DNA from: a virus
Lineage: Duplodnaviria > Heunggongvirae > Uroviricota > Caudoviricetes
Strand: one strand, 5' to 3'
IMG/VR virus record: IMGVR_UViG_2721755712_000001
DNA length: 64,000 nt
Part shown: positions 39,780 to 50,388 of the stretch, piece by piece
Position numbering within the stretch: the stretch's first letter is position 1
Layout: each line of letters opens with the position of its first letter
The notes under the pieces: model-generated
Databases searched by the model: none
What the model saw: only the letters and a program-made list of their open reading frames with translations
Told to the model about the DNA's origin: nothing
Program-made: the position numbers and the translations under genes

Positions 39780-42700
39780 TTAGTTACGTTGAGTGTTTGG
39801 GTTGAGTGATCCGCCAGGGCGTTTCTCTTGAGCGATAGTCTCAAGCGCGATTGCTTTCATCCGTTGAGCGGCATTGTTCCATATGCTTTCTGTATCGCCG
39901 GATTCAGTTGTGCTACCGTCACTATGGACGTTGATCTCAATTGATACCGGAGAAAGAACATTTCCTCCTCCACTCATACCATCGGTACTGAGCGTTACAG
40001 GGATTGTTCGACCATCAGGCAATGGAACATACGCCTCATTCATATCGCCTTCCCCAAACAACGCCAATTGAGGTGAGTTGGCGATACCGCCTTTCTGGTA
40101 TGCCCGGAGCGGGATCACGCCGTCTTTTCCGAATATGCCACCATTTGCAAACTTCGGAATTGCAGGAATACCATTCGTGCCATCGGCAGCAGAACTGGTC
40201 AGATTGTTGAACCCGGAAGTTGAACCAGAAGAACCGGACATCAATCCATCGAATCCACCACTAGCCCATACTGAAACCAAACCAGATGCAACTGTCGCGC
40301 CGAAATTCAACCACTTATTACCAGAGCCGGAAGCATTAGCTCCAAGCATTGCAAACGCGGCAGACAGCGCGCCGGTAACAGAACTGAGGTTCTGCATCGA
40401 GAAGATGGAGTCCTTCACGGCTTTTGTCTCGGCATCTTTGGCTTCAGTGCTATCAAATAGCCCTGATACCCAGCTACCAATCGCATTTGTTGCAGTGCCA
40501 ATTGCGCTGGTGGTCTGCTGTGTTGTTTGCCCCAATCCAGTTACCGAACTGGACGTCTCCTTCGTGGCTTCTCCTACCGACTTGTCGCCATTAACAGTGT
40601 TGCTTATGCGCACACCTTGATTGGCAACTGCGGAAGCAACCCCGGTGAGCAAATTACCACTCTGTGAACTACCAGCTGCGGTGGCTCCCATCCCCAACAT
40701 GTTCATTAGAGGCAGCGTGATTTGCGACTTCACGACCATATTGGTGATATCTTTCAAAATGGACTGAGACAGGCTGGAGAAGCTCATCTTCCCGTTAATA
40801 ACGAAATCAGTCAGGACATCAGTTAAGCCACTAAACAAATCAGTCCAGGTGCTTTCGATCTGCTCTGCCAGGTTTTCGTATTCCAGTGCCAACTTCTGCG
40901 TCGCAGTCCCCGTCTCTTTAATAAGCGCGGTATTGCCAGCAGCAATCAGTTGATTGATTTTCTTTGTATAAAGCGCCACAACTTTAGGATCAGACGCCTT
41001 ATCACGAAGTTCTATCAACGCTTTGAGATTGCGGTTGTAGGTGTCTTCGAAATCAGCAACTTTATCTTCGCGAGACGGCGTATAGCCAGCACTAATAATG
41101 GAATCCGCCTTCGGTGCCCAAGTGGAGATCATCTGCTCAACATTGCGGCGATTAAACATCTCGCGATATTCAGGTGTCGCATTTTTGAGGTCTTCAAGAC
41201 GTTTTTTCGCCTTGTCGATCATCTCTTGAGTGATGAACTCGTTAGGAACCGCATTAGCCAAATCTGTCAGCGATTTCGTTGTATCGCGAAGAGACTGATC
41301 AAACGATACCGTAGCCTTAGAGCTTTCACCCATTTGCCCCATAAGCTGATCGGCTTTGTCCAGAGCCTTCTGGTATCCGGCTGCCAGTTTCTGTTGCGCT
41401 GCCTGTTCCTTCTTGGCCGCACGCTGCGAGGCGTTAGCTGATCGTTGGGCTGCTTTCTCGGCAGCTGCTGCATCCTGTTCACGAGCTTTAGTCAGTGCAG
41501 CAATGGCTGCGGCACGCTCTTCATCGCTCATTTTCTCCAGAGAGCTGGCGCTGGATGCTTTCTGCAAATTAAGCTGCGTCTTGAGTTGTTTAGGCCCAAT
41601 AATCGGCTTACCTTCGAAGTCCATCATCGGAGTGCCGTCAGGCAAAGTACGTTGATAAGTCGCAGAATCCATCTGGTTTCGCATATATTGCGCCAGCGCC
41701 TTCTGAGCAGCTTTATCAGTTGTACCTAACCCAAGAACATCTCCATTGATTGACACTAAGCCATTACCACTTTTGGCCGCGTTATCCCTCTTAAACTCTG
41801 CCTGAGTCAGTTCCTGAGCAACGACTTCCAAATGCTCCTGATAGCCACGAATACTTCCTTGCAGTTTCTGAATCTGCTCGGTATTTCCTTCCTTTTTCGC
41901 TTTTTCAAGCTGATCATTAAGAGTCGCGATTTGCTTCTCGGTCGCATTCTTACGAGAAGAAAGTGAATCAACCAGTTTTTGCGCAGGCTCCAGATAGCTT
42001 TTGTTTACCGTTTCACGTAACGGTGCCAATAGCTTGTTCTTTTCGTCATCCGAAAGTGAACCGTCATCCTTGATTTTCTGGATTTTCTCCAGAGCCTCCT
42101 GACGAGCTTTCACGAACGTTGCCGCAAAGTCTCTATTCTCTTCGAGTATTTTCTCTATCTGGGATTCTGCCGTCTCTTTTGCCAGACGTTTGGCTACAGC
42201 CAAATCCCCTCTGGCAATAGTTTCATTGGTTTCATCGCGTTTCTTACGAAGTTCATTTAGCTCATTTTCTATTCGCTTACGTTCATCATGATTAATCTTT
42301 ACTGTAGTTCCGGCCATACCCGGCCCATAAACCACCTTTTCGCCAGATTTTAACTCTTGTTCCTTTTGCGTGATTTGTTGCTCAAGACGCGCTTTATACT
42401 CGGCCATCTGTGCACGTTTAGCCGCCGTCATCGCTTCTGGTATTTTCCTAATCTCGTCAACGACCTTTGAAGTTTCGCTACGAAGCATGGTCATATACGT
42501 GATTAAGCCAGCAACAGCGGTCATTGCAGCAGTGAAAACAAAACCTATCGGATTCGCCGCAATAAACGCAGTCAGGCCAGCAAAAGCGCCTTTAAGCCCC
42601 GTAATCGCCCCACGGATGGCGAAAATAAGAGAGGGGATCGGAGCCAGCCCCATACGTGCCGCACGATTGAATCGGGTTACTGCTGTAGCGCCGAGGTTAA

Positions 42701-44378
42701 ATGGAGTCTGTATGGCGGTCGCCATCGTGGCAAAGGTGCTAACCATCTGGCTGCCTGCGCCAACTACCCCCATGATCCCTGCTCGCATCAGTTTGAACGC
42801 AACCATCGCGGCCACGACCTTACCGAGATTAATCACCAGCTCTTGGTTCTTTGCTAACCATTGAGCAAGCTGACGCAACCCATCGATTGCCGTTGTTAAC
42901 CCCGAACCTAAAGAATTGGCAAACGAAATCCCTTCGGCGCTATTCATGATTGAAGCCAGTTCTTTCATCCCCTTCGATAGAGAATCCAGATATCCGGCCT
43001 GACCAACCCGATCAGCAAATAACGAGAATGACGTCTGAAGTTGCGCCAGCGCACCTGTGTAGGTTTGCATCATGTCTTTCGCTGCGTTCTCATTCTCCGC
43101 ACGCAGACCAACAAACATCAGAGACAACGCCTGTTTTGCCTCAACCATACCGCTGGCAACGGCTTTAGTCAGTTCCCCCATAGTGATGCCTGCGGCGTCT
43201 GCCATTGCCTGCATCGCGTTAGGAACGGCTTCACCTAATTGCTGACGTAGCTCTTCCATTGACACAACGCCCTTACCGGACATCTGCTGAACGGCCACAG
43301 CCGCACGTTTCAACAGCTCACTATCACCACCAAAACGAGCAACGGAGTCCACCAGCGCCTTCAGAGAACCATCGGTTGGATCTAAGCCAGCAGAACGAAA
43401 CTTCACGAAGGAGTCTGTTAACGCCTGCATCGCGAACGGCGCATTTTGAGCCATGTCTACGATGTACTTCATATCATCAGCGGCAGCCTGGCCCGGGTTG
43501 GACTTCTCCTTATTCAACCCTCGAAGCATCACCCGCATACGTTCCATTTCGGCCGCAGCTTCAACAATAGGCTTCTGCCACCCAAACATGATGTCAGTAA
43601 CCGTTCTGGCTGCATCTCCGATCTCGCCAAGCAGGAAAATGTTGCCACGAAGGCCAGAGAACATACCTCCTTCGTTACTTTTACCGCTATGGCCAGAAGC
43701 GCCGCTACGCCGCCCGCTACCACCATCGCCACTTCCAGATGTACGAACGCGTACCGGCTTGCTAATCAGTTGCTGACGTCCGATAACTTCGTCCATCTGC
43801 TCACGAACCTTTTTCAGTCCCTCGGCAGCCTGACTCGTTGTGACACCCCAATTACTGAGTCGCTTCGTCGTGGTATTAAGGCGCGTATTCATGCCACTCA
43901 CGGACGCAGAGGCTTCTTTGACCTCCGTACCAAAGCGGCTTGCGCTTTTGCTTGCATAGGTCGCCCAATCAGAGAAATCATTTAGCTCTGATTGCACTTT
44001 ACGTAATGACGCGGTGAGTTTATCTACTGAAGAAGTTGTCGTATCGACGCGCTCAATCAGGGCTTTAAGACCAGAATTGAGGCTGGTGATGTTGCCACGC
44101 ATTTTACGCGTAGCATCTGAAGCAAGCTCAAAACCGGCAGCTACATCCTGTAGTTTATCTGCCGTAGAATCGAGCTTGCTTTCCAGAACGCCAATGATAC
44201 GGGCGACCGAACCCAAAGAGCGTTCAAAGGTTTGGATTTTTTGAGCAGGCTTTGTTACCTGCTCACCAAATCGAGTAAGCAGTTTCCCCGCACGATCGAT
44301 TGACGCTGTAAACTGTTTGTCTTCCAGCGACAGGATAAACTCTACGTTTTGTGACATTCCCTTGTCATCCTCTGCCAA
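39780..44378 (-). CDS. tail tape measure protein
   Basis: 1532 aa; long coiled-coil stretches, Gly-rich and hydrophobic segments; immediately downstream of the G/G-T chaperone genes. Confidence 0.85.
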   Translation of the reverse strand: MAEDDKGMSQNVEFILSLEDKQFTASIDRAGKLLTRFGEQVTKPAQKIQTFERSLGSVARIIGVLESKLDSTADKLQDVAAGFELASDATRKMRGNITSLNSGLKALIERVDTTTSSVDKLTASLRKVQSELNDFSDWATYASKSASRFGTEVKEASASVSGMNTRLNTTTKRLSNWGVTTSQAAEGLKKVREQMDEVIGRQQLISKPVRVRTSGSGDGGSGRRSGASGHSGKSNEGGMFSGLRGNIFLLGEIGDAARTVTDIMFGWQKPIVEAAAEMERMRVMLRGLNKEKSNPGQAAADDMKYIVDMAQNAPFAMQALTDSFVKFRSAGLDPTDGSLKALVDSVARFGGDSELLKRAAVAVQQMSGKGVVSMEELRQQLGEAVPNAMQAMADAAGITMGELTKAVASGMVEAKQALSLMFVGLRAENENAAKDMMQTYTGALAQLQTSFSLFADRVGQAGYLDSLSKGMKELASIMNSAEGISFANSLGSGLTTAIDGLRQLAQWLAKNQELVINLGKVVAAMVAFKLMRAGIMGVVGAGSQMVSTFATMATAIQTPFNLGATAVTRFNRAARMGLAPIPSLIFAIRGAITGLKGAFAGLTAFIAANPIGFVFTAAMTAVAGLITYMTMLRSETSKVVDEIRKIPEAMTAAKRAQMAEYKARLEQQITQKEQELKSGEKVVYGPGMAGTTVKINHDERKRIENELNELRKKRDETNETIARGDLAVAKRLAKETAESQIEKILEENRDFAATFVKARQEALEKIQKIKDDGSLSDDEKNKLLAPLRETVNKSYLEPAQKLVDSLSSRKNATEKQIATLNDQLEKAKKEGNTEQIQKLQGSIRGYQEHLEVVAQELTQAEFKRDNAAKSGNGLVSINGDVLGLGTTDKAAQKALAQYMRNQMDSATYQRTLPDGTPMMDFEGKPIIGPKQLKTQLNLQKASSASSLEKMSDEERAAAIAALTKAREQDAAAAEKAAQRSANASQRAAKKEQAAQQKLAAGYQKALDKADQLMGQMGESSKATVSFDQSLRDTTKSLTDLANAVPNEFITQEMIDKAKKRLEDLKNATPEYREMFNRRNVEQMISTWAPKADSIISAGYTPSREDKVADFEDTYNRNLKALIELRDKASDPKVVALYTKKINQLIAAGNTALIKETGTATQKLALEYENLAEQIESTWTDLFSGLTDVLTDFVINGKMSFSSLSQSILKDITNMVVKSQITLPLMNMLGMGATAAGSSQSGNLLTGVASAVANQGVRISNTVNGDKSVGEATKETSSSVTGLGQTTQQTTSAIGTATNAIGSWVSGLFDSTEAKDAETKAVKDSIFSMQNLSSVTGALSAAFAMLGANASGSGNKWLNFGATVASGLVSVWASGGFDGLMSGSSGSTSGFNNLTSSAADGTNGIPAIPKFANGGIFGKDGVIPLRAYQKGGIANSPQLALFGEGDMNEAYVPLPDGRTIPVTLSTDGMSGGGNVLSPVSIEINVHSDGSTTESGDTESIWNNAAQRMKAIALETIAQEKRPGGSLNPNTQRN

Positions 44379-44751
44379 ATATTTGCATCAGTTGCTCTTT
44401 GGCGTCAGGGTCTGCCTTATCCTGGCTTGGATCGTAGACTTTATCTGTTACGACTGGTCTTCCAATCCTGAGTTGCAAACCCTCCATGAACGCCTTCACA
44501 GCCTCGCCATCCGCCTGGGACGCACGAGCGACTTGTAAGTTGCGGACATCCTCTTCCGCACGCAGACGGTCTATATTGCGACTGAGCATCCAGAACATCG
44601 TGAGAGGAACGTTCAGTAGCTCTAATGGCGACACGGCGTAGTGAGCAACTACACGACTGAAATAGAATCCGAGATCTATTGAGACGGTCCTTGTCCCGGA
44701 TTCATCGCGGGAAATTACTTTGCCCCTTCGCCAGCCGCTTTTTCGTTTTCT
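44365..44751 (-). CDS. T segment of the tail assembly chaperone G-T fusion (reached by -1 frameshift from G)
   Basis: this frame is open from 44751 and overlaps the last 11 codons of the G ORF in the -1 frame; minus-strand A-run GAAAAAG at about 44738..44744 is a candidate shift site. Confidence 0.5.
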   Translation of the reverse strand, partial: RKRKSGWRRGKVISRDESGTRTVSIDLGFYFSRVVAHYAVSPLELLNVPLTMFWMLSRNIDRLRAEEDVRNLQVARASQADGEAVKAFMEGLQLRIGRPVVTDKVYDPSQDKADPDAKEQLMQIFGRG

Positions 44752-45032
44752 TCATCAATCACTTCCATAGCGAAGGTGAAGATCTGCTGGAGTTGCGGAA
44801 CAGTCAGTTTTTCAAGAACTTCGTCAGGTACTGAAGGGATAACCTTACGAACCAGATCTGCATAAGCTGTCACTTGCTCAACAGGAGACATGTTCATGAG
44901 ATCTTTGCCTTCCATCTGCTTGATGGAAACGAACAGACCTACCGTCATTTCAACGATGGGATATTCCTGACCGCCAAATTTGATGCTTTTCTTCGGAGGC
45001 AGAATGGAATCGAGATCGAGTAATTTGGTCAT
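44715..45032 (-). CDS. tail assembly chaperone, lambda G-like
   Basis: 105-aa acidic protein between the major tail protein and tape measure genes. Confidence 0.7.
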   Translation of the reverse strand: MTKLLDLDSILPPKKSIKFGGQEYPIVEMTVGLFVSIKQMEGKDLMNMSPVEQVTAYADLVRKVIPSVPDEVLEKLTVPQLQQIFTFAMEVIDEENEKAAGEGAK

Positions 45033-45087
45033 TGGTTAAAATCCTTTTAAAAGAGAGGCCCATCCTGAGCCTCTGCTTAATTACTGA

Positions 45088-45834
45088 TTAATCTGCGGGG
45101 TTAATCGTTACTGACTTAGTTGCCTTCTTACCACCGCTATTGCTGGTGAAGGAAATATTTGTAGAACCCTGCGCCACACCACGTACCAGACCCGTTTGAT
45201 CTACCGTGGCCTTTTCCTGGTCTTCGGATTCCCAAACACCGGTTTTGTCTGCGGCATCAGCTGGAGTGATTTCGGCTGTCAGTTGCACAGTTTCTCCAGC
45301 TTTTACGGTTGGAGATTCCGGTGAGATCGACACAGTTTTTACCGGTTTAGGACCGCTCATTTTGCCCAGAACGCCTTCATCATCCGGGTATGCGCTGAAC
45401 TGAACAGAGAACACACGAACATCATCAGACTGGTAGGTCATAGTGAAGTTGCCCGCGGTTGCCGCTTTCGGGATGGTCAACACATAGTCGGTGGTGTCCT
45501 GCGGAGTCAGAACCAGCTCCTTCGCCACATCAATCAGGTTAACGCCCTGTGCAGATGTGATCGTGACAGAGTTGTCATCTTCGCTCAGAGTAGAACCAGG
45601 CATCAGGTCAACCATGTTTTGGAGTACAGACTCAGCCAGAGGCGCGGTGATGGTAATGTTGCGCCCCTGAACTAATTCGGAAATTACGGTCTGCCCCAAC
45701 TGATCGACGGTGACTTTCAGCGTTTCAGTGGCTACTTCAACCTGAACACCACCTTTGGTGTAACCCAAATCCACACCACCAAACGACACCTTACAGGCAC
45801 CAAGTTTGATGTTTTTTACATGGGTATTAGACAT
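45088..45834 (-). CDS. major tail protein with C-terminal Ig-like (Big_2-type) domain
   Basis: start at internal Met MSNTHVK preceded by AAAGGAG; C-terminal TVSISPESPTVKAGETVQLTAEITP...ATVDQTGLV fits a bacterial Ig-like fold. Confidence 0.7.
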   Translation of the reverse strand: MSNTHVKNIKLGACKVSFGGVDLGYTKGGVQVEVATETLKVTVDQLGQTVISELVQGRNITITAPLAESVLQNMVDLMPGSTLSEDDNSVTITSAQGVNLIDVAKELVLTPQDTTDYVLTIPKAATAGNFTMTYQSDDVRVFSVQFSAYPDDEGVLGKMSGPKPVKTVSISPESPTVKAGETVQLTAEITPADAADKTGVWESEDQEKATVDQTGLVRGVAQGSTNISFTSNSGGKKATKSVTINPAD

Positions 45835-45908
45835 TGATGGAAAACTCCTTTTTCCGTTAATTCTACGCATTCATTGCGCTAATAGTAAGTATATACTTAC
45901 TAATTGAG

Positions 45909-46265
45909 TTAATTCAATAAATAGCCAGCAAATTCAACAGGAATGCCTGCTTCTATTAATGCCCCATCATTTTTGGGATAAATGATTGGCATCGCCATCG
46001 GTCGTACAAGTCGAAAATAAACACCACCAGATTCCGTTTCCTCTACTGGAAACATCTCAATGATTTTATTGGCTTTCTCAACCGTCGTAGTAATTGACGA
46101 ACCACGCACAATGATTGTGAATGATTCGAGATAAAAGCCCTGTAGCTCATGATCGATGCTGATACCGGTATTTGGGTTAATAAGCAGGACGCCAGATTTC
46201 ACATTGGCAGGCAAGTAGTGACAGAAAATGTCAGTCCCGACCGTGCCAATCTTTGCCTTCTGCAT
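45909..46265 (-). CDS. tail terminator / tail completion protein (lambda U-like position)
   Basis: start taken at internal Met (residue 51 of the track ORF) just downstream of the preceding stop; position matches lambda U. Confidence 0.45.
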   Translation of the reverse strand: MQKAKIGTVGTDIFCHYLPANVKSGVLLINPNTGISIDHELQGFYLESFTIIVRGSSITTTVEKANKIIEMFPVEETESGGVYFRLVRPMAMPIIYPKNDGALIEAGIPVEFAGYLLN

Positions 46266-46293
46266 CAAACTTGCAAACGCTTCAATAAACACA

Positions 46294-46767
46294 TTAACCT
46301 CTCGTAAATCCGGCTTTTCTGGCAGCCTCAAGAATCGCTTCTGAGAACTGCTTCTCGCTAATTTCCACCGCTCTTTCCAGAAAGTGTGGCCCAACACGGG
46401 GTTTAACACCGGCAATTGGTGGGTTTGTCACGTTCTTCATTCGAGAAAGATAACCGAGTCGGTATTTACCCAGCTCCATGTACTTAGCATAGTCACCTAC
46501 TTCTACGCCCGGATGCCCCTGACGTGGTTTTGCTCCAGACACAGAAAGCTCAATACGCAGCCCTGAATAACCTTCTTTAATCACCCTGGCAAAGATGGCT
46601 GTCTCCAGAGATCCGGTTTCCAGCGGGGCCATTGCACGGCTGAGACGCTCAACCAAACGCGCCAGCTTTTCCATGTCCCGAATAAGATATCGCTTAAATG
46701 CTTTCTGGCTGTTGTTGAGTCGATTCCCCGCACGTTTGAACTGATGCGCATCGTATTTCAGACCCAT
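46294..46767 (-). CDS. head-tail connector / tail completion protein
   Basis: 157-aa ORF in the head-tail joining block; positional inference. Confidence 0.45.
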   Translation of the reverse strand: MGLKYDAHQFKRAGNRLNNSQKAFKRYLIRDMEKLARLVERLSRAMAPLETGSLETAIFARVIKEGYSGLRIELSVSGAKPRQGHPGVEVGDYAKYMELGKYRLGYLSRMKNVTNPPIAGVKPRVGPHFLERAVEISEKQFSEAILEAARKAGFTRG

Positions 46768-47198
46768 ATATTCGCCCCTACTTCAAGATGCCCAGGTCTT
46801 CCTCGTAGCCCCCAGCGGCGATGAACACTGGACACCTTTAATTTTTGACCTTCAAGGATCAGTACATCATCAAGTTGTACAGCCGCTTCCAAAGGGACAA
46901 CTAACACAGCATCAAACAGCTCCAGACTCGCCTTACCACGACTACCAGAGCTATCAGCACGAACTGACGATTTCTCATTACTCTGTTCGAACTTAACCAC
47001 GCCGACATTCGTCTTCCTGACGAATTGTAATTGCGCCTCACCGTAAACGTTCTTTGCGCCAAAGCGGTAGATCGCAATTTCTGTTTGCCATGAAATATTC
47101 ATGCTCTCTCCCTGTTGTTGTCGGTCGCTCTCATTACTGGCCAAAAACCCTTTAGACCAAAAGTAAATAATGCGACTGGCGTTACGCACGGCGAACAA
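46758..47198 (-). CDS. head-tail joining protein
   Basis: 146-aa ORF overlapping neighbours by a few codons in the structural operon. Confidence 0.4.
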   Translation of the reverse strand: MFAVRNASRIIYFWSKGFLASNESDRQQQGESMNISWQTEIAIYRFGAKNVYGEAQLQFVRKTNVGVVKFEQSNEKSSVRADSSGSRGKASLELFDAVLVVPLEAAVQLDDVLILEGQKLKVSSVHRRWGLRGRPGHLEVGANIWV

Positions 47199-48015
47199 TC
47201 ATACGGTTGTTGATGTAACTGACCAGCAAGCGCCAGGTACTACGAGCCACATGCACGTTTGCAGCTTTACCGGTACGGTACATGTTGGTTGTTTCACCGA
47301 TTGACTCTGACAAAATACCATCCTCTCGTGCTGCGGCAACATCATTGCCATTTGCGATCTCACACGCTTCGTTGACAACGGCAAGCATCAACGCTTCTTT
47401 GAAGTAGTCAGGGAACTCTTCAAACTTCTCCTGCGTCATCTTTTCCCAATCGACTAAATCATGCCGGTACGCTCCATCTGCTCCCCACGGAATGTCATAC
47501 ACATTCAGCATATTTTGAGGGCGATCGTATCGGTCAAAGTCGATACGTAGAATTTTGCGGATTGAGAACGGTAAAGTTTTAATACGTCTGGTAGCCTCAA
47601 TGAGACGCTTGCGCATTAAGCCTTCACCATCCGACAGCAAAGTGTCCCCATTCAGCATATCGATCGCCTGCATTTGAGCATCAGCGACAGTTGCAAACGA
47701 CTGTTCTGGTATCGACAGTTCAAAAGTATTCAGCAGAACATACATTTGACGCTCTTCATGCGTCAGGCCCGATGCAACAGCCTTCACAATGACGTACCGC
47801 AGATCTCGCTCTTTCTCAGAGAGCTGGTTATATTCAGCCGACACGACAACCGGAATCGACATTTGACCGTTGGTAATTTCTAGCGGCTCGCCATCAACGA
47901 GAATAGCCCCGGTACTGTCCTTTACTGTGTAGGTGGCAGATTCGATATCCAGCACGTTGAAGGCAAATGAAAGAGAAACAGCTTCACCGCTACGATACGA
48001 GTCGATCTGCGCCAT
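47182..48015 (-). CDS. hypothetical structural protein
   Basis: 277-aa ORF in the head module; no motif recognised. Confidence 0.4.
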   Translation of the reverse strand: MAQIDSYRSGEAVSLSFAFNVLDIESATYTVKDSTGAILVDGEPLEITNGQMSIPVVVSAEYNQLSEKERDLRYVIVKAVASGLTHEERQMYVLLNTFELSIPEQSFATVADAQMQAIDMLNGDTLLSDGEGLMRKRLIEATRRIKTLPFSIRKILRIDFDRYDRPQNMLNVYDIPWGADGAYRHDLVDWEKMTQEKFEEFPDYFKEALMLAVVNEACEIANGNDVAAAREDGILSESIGETTNMYRTGKAANVHVARSTWRLLVSYINNRMIVRRA

Positions 48016-48449
48016 TACTCACCACCTTGTGCTTTCAGGATGCCGTCAATCATTTCGACAATTCCTTTCGCTTTGACACCAACCTGATTACCAATAACTC
48101 GTAGACCGGCAATACCTTCGTTGTCTGCAATTGACTCCAGTTCTTCTCGTGTGAAAGTCTGGATCTGTTTGGCCGGTTCATCTGGTGTCCCACGTTTCAT
48201 TGGCACAATGTCAGGCGCTGCTGGCTCGGTAATCAGGTCTGCTGTCAATTCACCACGATCACTGTATGCGGCAGACGGAGAAACATTTTTGCCCTCTACT
48301 GTTGACGCTCGCATTGAAGCACAAATCCTCTGCTGATCGATAAAAGGCAACTCCGCTACGGATACCCCGTTCTCGAACTGAACGCCACACAGCATTCCCG
48401 AATAACCGGAAAATTGCGGTTCTAATAAAACAATTTTTGCTGGTTTCAT
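48015..48449 (-). CDS. hypothetical head protein
   Basis: 144-aa ORF translationally coupled within the head module. Confidence 0.4.
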   Translation of the reverse strand: MKPAKIVLLEPQFSGYSGMLCGVQFENGVSVAELPFIDQQRICASMRASTVEGKNVSPSAAYSDRGELTADLITEPAAPDIVPMKRGTPDEPAKQIQTFTREELESIADNEGIAGLRVIGNQVGVKAKGIVEMIDGILKAQGGE

Positions 48450-48493
48450 AACGCTTTCTCTCCACTTGGGCGGCGAAAGCCGCCCAATATCAG

Positions 48494-49414
48494 TTATTCC
48501 TGTGCGGCAGTAACTTCTACAGTTGCTGTCGCTTTGTGGCTACCATCTTGGGTAGTAACCTCGATTGTGGCAGTACCAGCCGCAACGCCAGTTACAACAC
48601 CGGTTTCGCTATCCACCGTTGCAAACTCGGTATTTTTGGATTCCCAAGTAACGGTTTTATTTGTTGCTCCTGCCGGCTCGACATTTGCGGTCAGCTGAAC
48701 AGTTTTGTTTGCCTCAACGGTTGTGCTATTTGGGTCGATTTCGACGCCGGTAACAGCCACAACAGGCGCAGTTACTTCCACCGTTGCAGTTGCCTTTTTG
48801 CTGCCATCTTGGGAAACGATCTCAATCGTCGCAGTGCCAACTTCTACACCAGTAACGTTCCCGCTCTGGTCTACCGTTGCCTTATCTTCATTTTTTGAAG
48901 ACCAGGTAACAGCCTTATTCGTCGCATTTGACGGCTGAACATTCACTTTCAGACTGACTGATTTCCCTTTCTCAACAGAGGTTGAGTCTGGCGTTACCGT
49001 TACGGATTGAACGGCTACCGGATTTACGGTGACTTCCACTGACGCGGAAAGCTGGGTTTCCTGATCAGTTGCAGTAATTTTTACTTTGCCTGGTGATACG
49101 CCAGTTACTAATCCAGTGCCGTTAACGGTTGCAATTTGATCATTCGCTGACTTCCAGGTGAATGAACTGGCACTCTTACCCATACTAATACCTGCACTAA
49201 GTTGAACAGTTTTCCCAACCAAAACTGACGGTGAAGCCGGGGTTATGTTTACGGATTGGGAGAGGGGAACCGCCTGCAAACAAGCAGATAGCTGACTTTG
49301 TTGCCGCTCGGTTAAAGGTTCATCGGAGATAGAATTGGTAAATCCGGCGCGGCACATATGCCCCGTAAAATCCGAAAATGCCTCTTCCGTAATCTTCATC
49401 TTTTGTTCTGGCAT
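48494..49414 (-). CDS. head decoration / Ig-like repeat protein
   Basis: 306 aa with three tandem Ig-like repeats of pattern TVQL.A...W.S.N...ATVD..G.VTGV..G.A.I. Confidence 0.6.
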   Translation of the reverse strand: MPEQKMKITEEAFSDFTGHMCRAGFTNSISDEPLTERQQSQLSACLQAVPLSQSVNITPASPSVLVGKTVQLSAGISMGKSASSFTWKSANDQIATVNGTGLVTGVSPGKVKITATDQETQLSASVEVTVNPVAVQSVTVTPDSTSVEKGKSVSLKVNVQPSNATNKAVTWSSKNEDKATVDQSGNVTGVEVGTATIEIVSQDGSKKATATVEVTAPVVAVTGVEIDPNSTTVEANKTVQLTANVEPAGATNKTVTWESKNTEFATVDSETGVVTGVAAGTATIEVTTQDGSHKATATVEVTAAQE

Positions 49415-49487
49415 TTCTTGCTCCTACAAAAAGGGTGGGCGTATAGCCCACCCTTTAACATAGATAATTACTTATCTACTGCACTGA

Positions 49488-50363
49488 TTAAATTTTTACA
49501 TTGGTCAGTGCAGCGATAGCCTTATCGTGCTTATTCGCCAGAGAGCAGTACCACTTCACACGGGTACGTACTGCGTCTTTGTTCTGTACAGTGCCAATGT
49601 TTTCAACAACGATACCTGCGTTGTCGCCGCCATACAGACCAGTAACGCCGTTCTCTTCTGACAGGTGCAGGCAGTAGATGCTTGCTTTGCCAGAATCGGT
49701 CGGGATGAAGTCGTTGATGATGAACGGAACGCCGTTATGACACAGCATCGGACGACCAAAGTTCTCCATCATGATTTCAGACGGACCTACGTTTACTGTA
49801 CGCAGCAGCGCACGATAAGCACGCAGGTGCTCTGAACGCATCATGATGCAGTCAGCACCAAGATCTTTCACCGCATCGACCAGTTCGTCGAACATAGAGA
49901 AAGTCATAGATGCACCGGCGATATCGATCTTCTGATCTGCGTGCATCAGGCGTGGAATGCCGTCAAACGCCTTGTTGTTGGAGCTGGAGTCACCCAAAAT
50001 CAGGTTGCGACGGAACGCACGAGCCAGACCTTTAACTTTCTGACGAACCTGAATAGCCAACTGGTTGTTGGTGTCGGCCATAGTGGTCGCCAGGAATTTA
50101 TCAACGTCTACGTCACCAGCCAGAATACGCAGTTTCGCAACGCATTCTTCGAAGGTTGCTGCACCTTCAGGGATGGTGTCGTTAACGTCGATGAAGGTAG
50201 CTTCACTCAGCGTTTTTTCACGGTTGTACAGATATGCCTTTGAATTAATTTTCATAAAAGGCAGGATGGCAAACAGGTCATCGCGATCGATGATAGTTTC
50301 GATCACACCCTGTTCAAGTTCGTTGTTAGACAGCTTTTCAGCTTCTTCACGCAGTAATGGCAT
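49488..50363 (-). CDS. putative major capsid protein
   Basis: 291-aa ORF directly downstream of the scaffold-like gene and upstream of the decoration gene; positional inference. Confidence 0.5.
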   Translation of the reverse strand: MPLLREEAEKLSNNELEQGVIETIIDRDDLFAILPFMKINSKAYLYNREKTLSEATFIDVNDTIPEGAATFEECVAKLRILAGDVDVDKFLATTMADTNNQLAIQVRQKVKGLARAFRRNLILGDSSSNNKAFDGIPRLMHADQKIDIAGASMTFSMFDELVDAVKDLGADCIMMRSEHLRAYRALLRTVNVGPSEIMMENFGRPMLCHNGVPFIINDFIPTDSGKASIYCLHLSEENGVTGLYGGDNAGIVVENIGTVQNKDAVRTRVKWYCSLANKHDKAIAALTNVKI

Positions 50364-50388
50364 CTATCAATTCCCTTTGATTTAGATG

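Noticed and set aside
39874-43985. Plus-strand ORFs (up to 180 aa) inside the tape measure gene
   Set aside because: Embedded antisense to the 1532-aa tape measure ORF; Ala/Ser/Pro-rich translations typical of antisense frames of coiled-coil genes.
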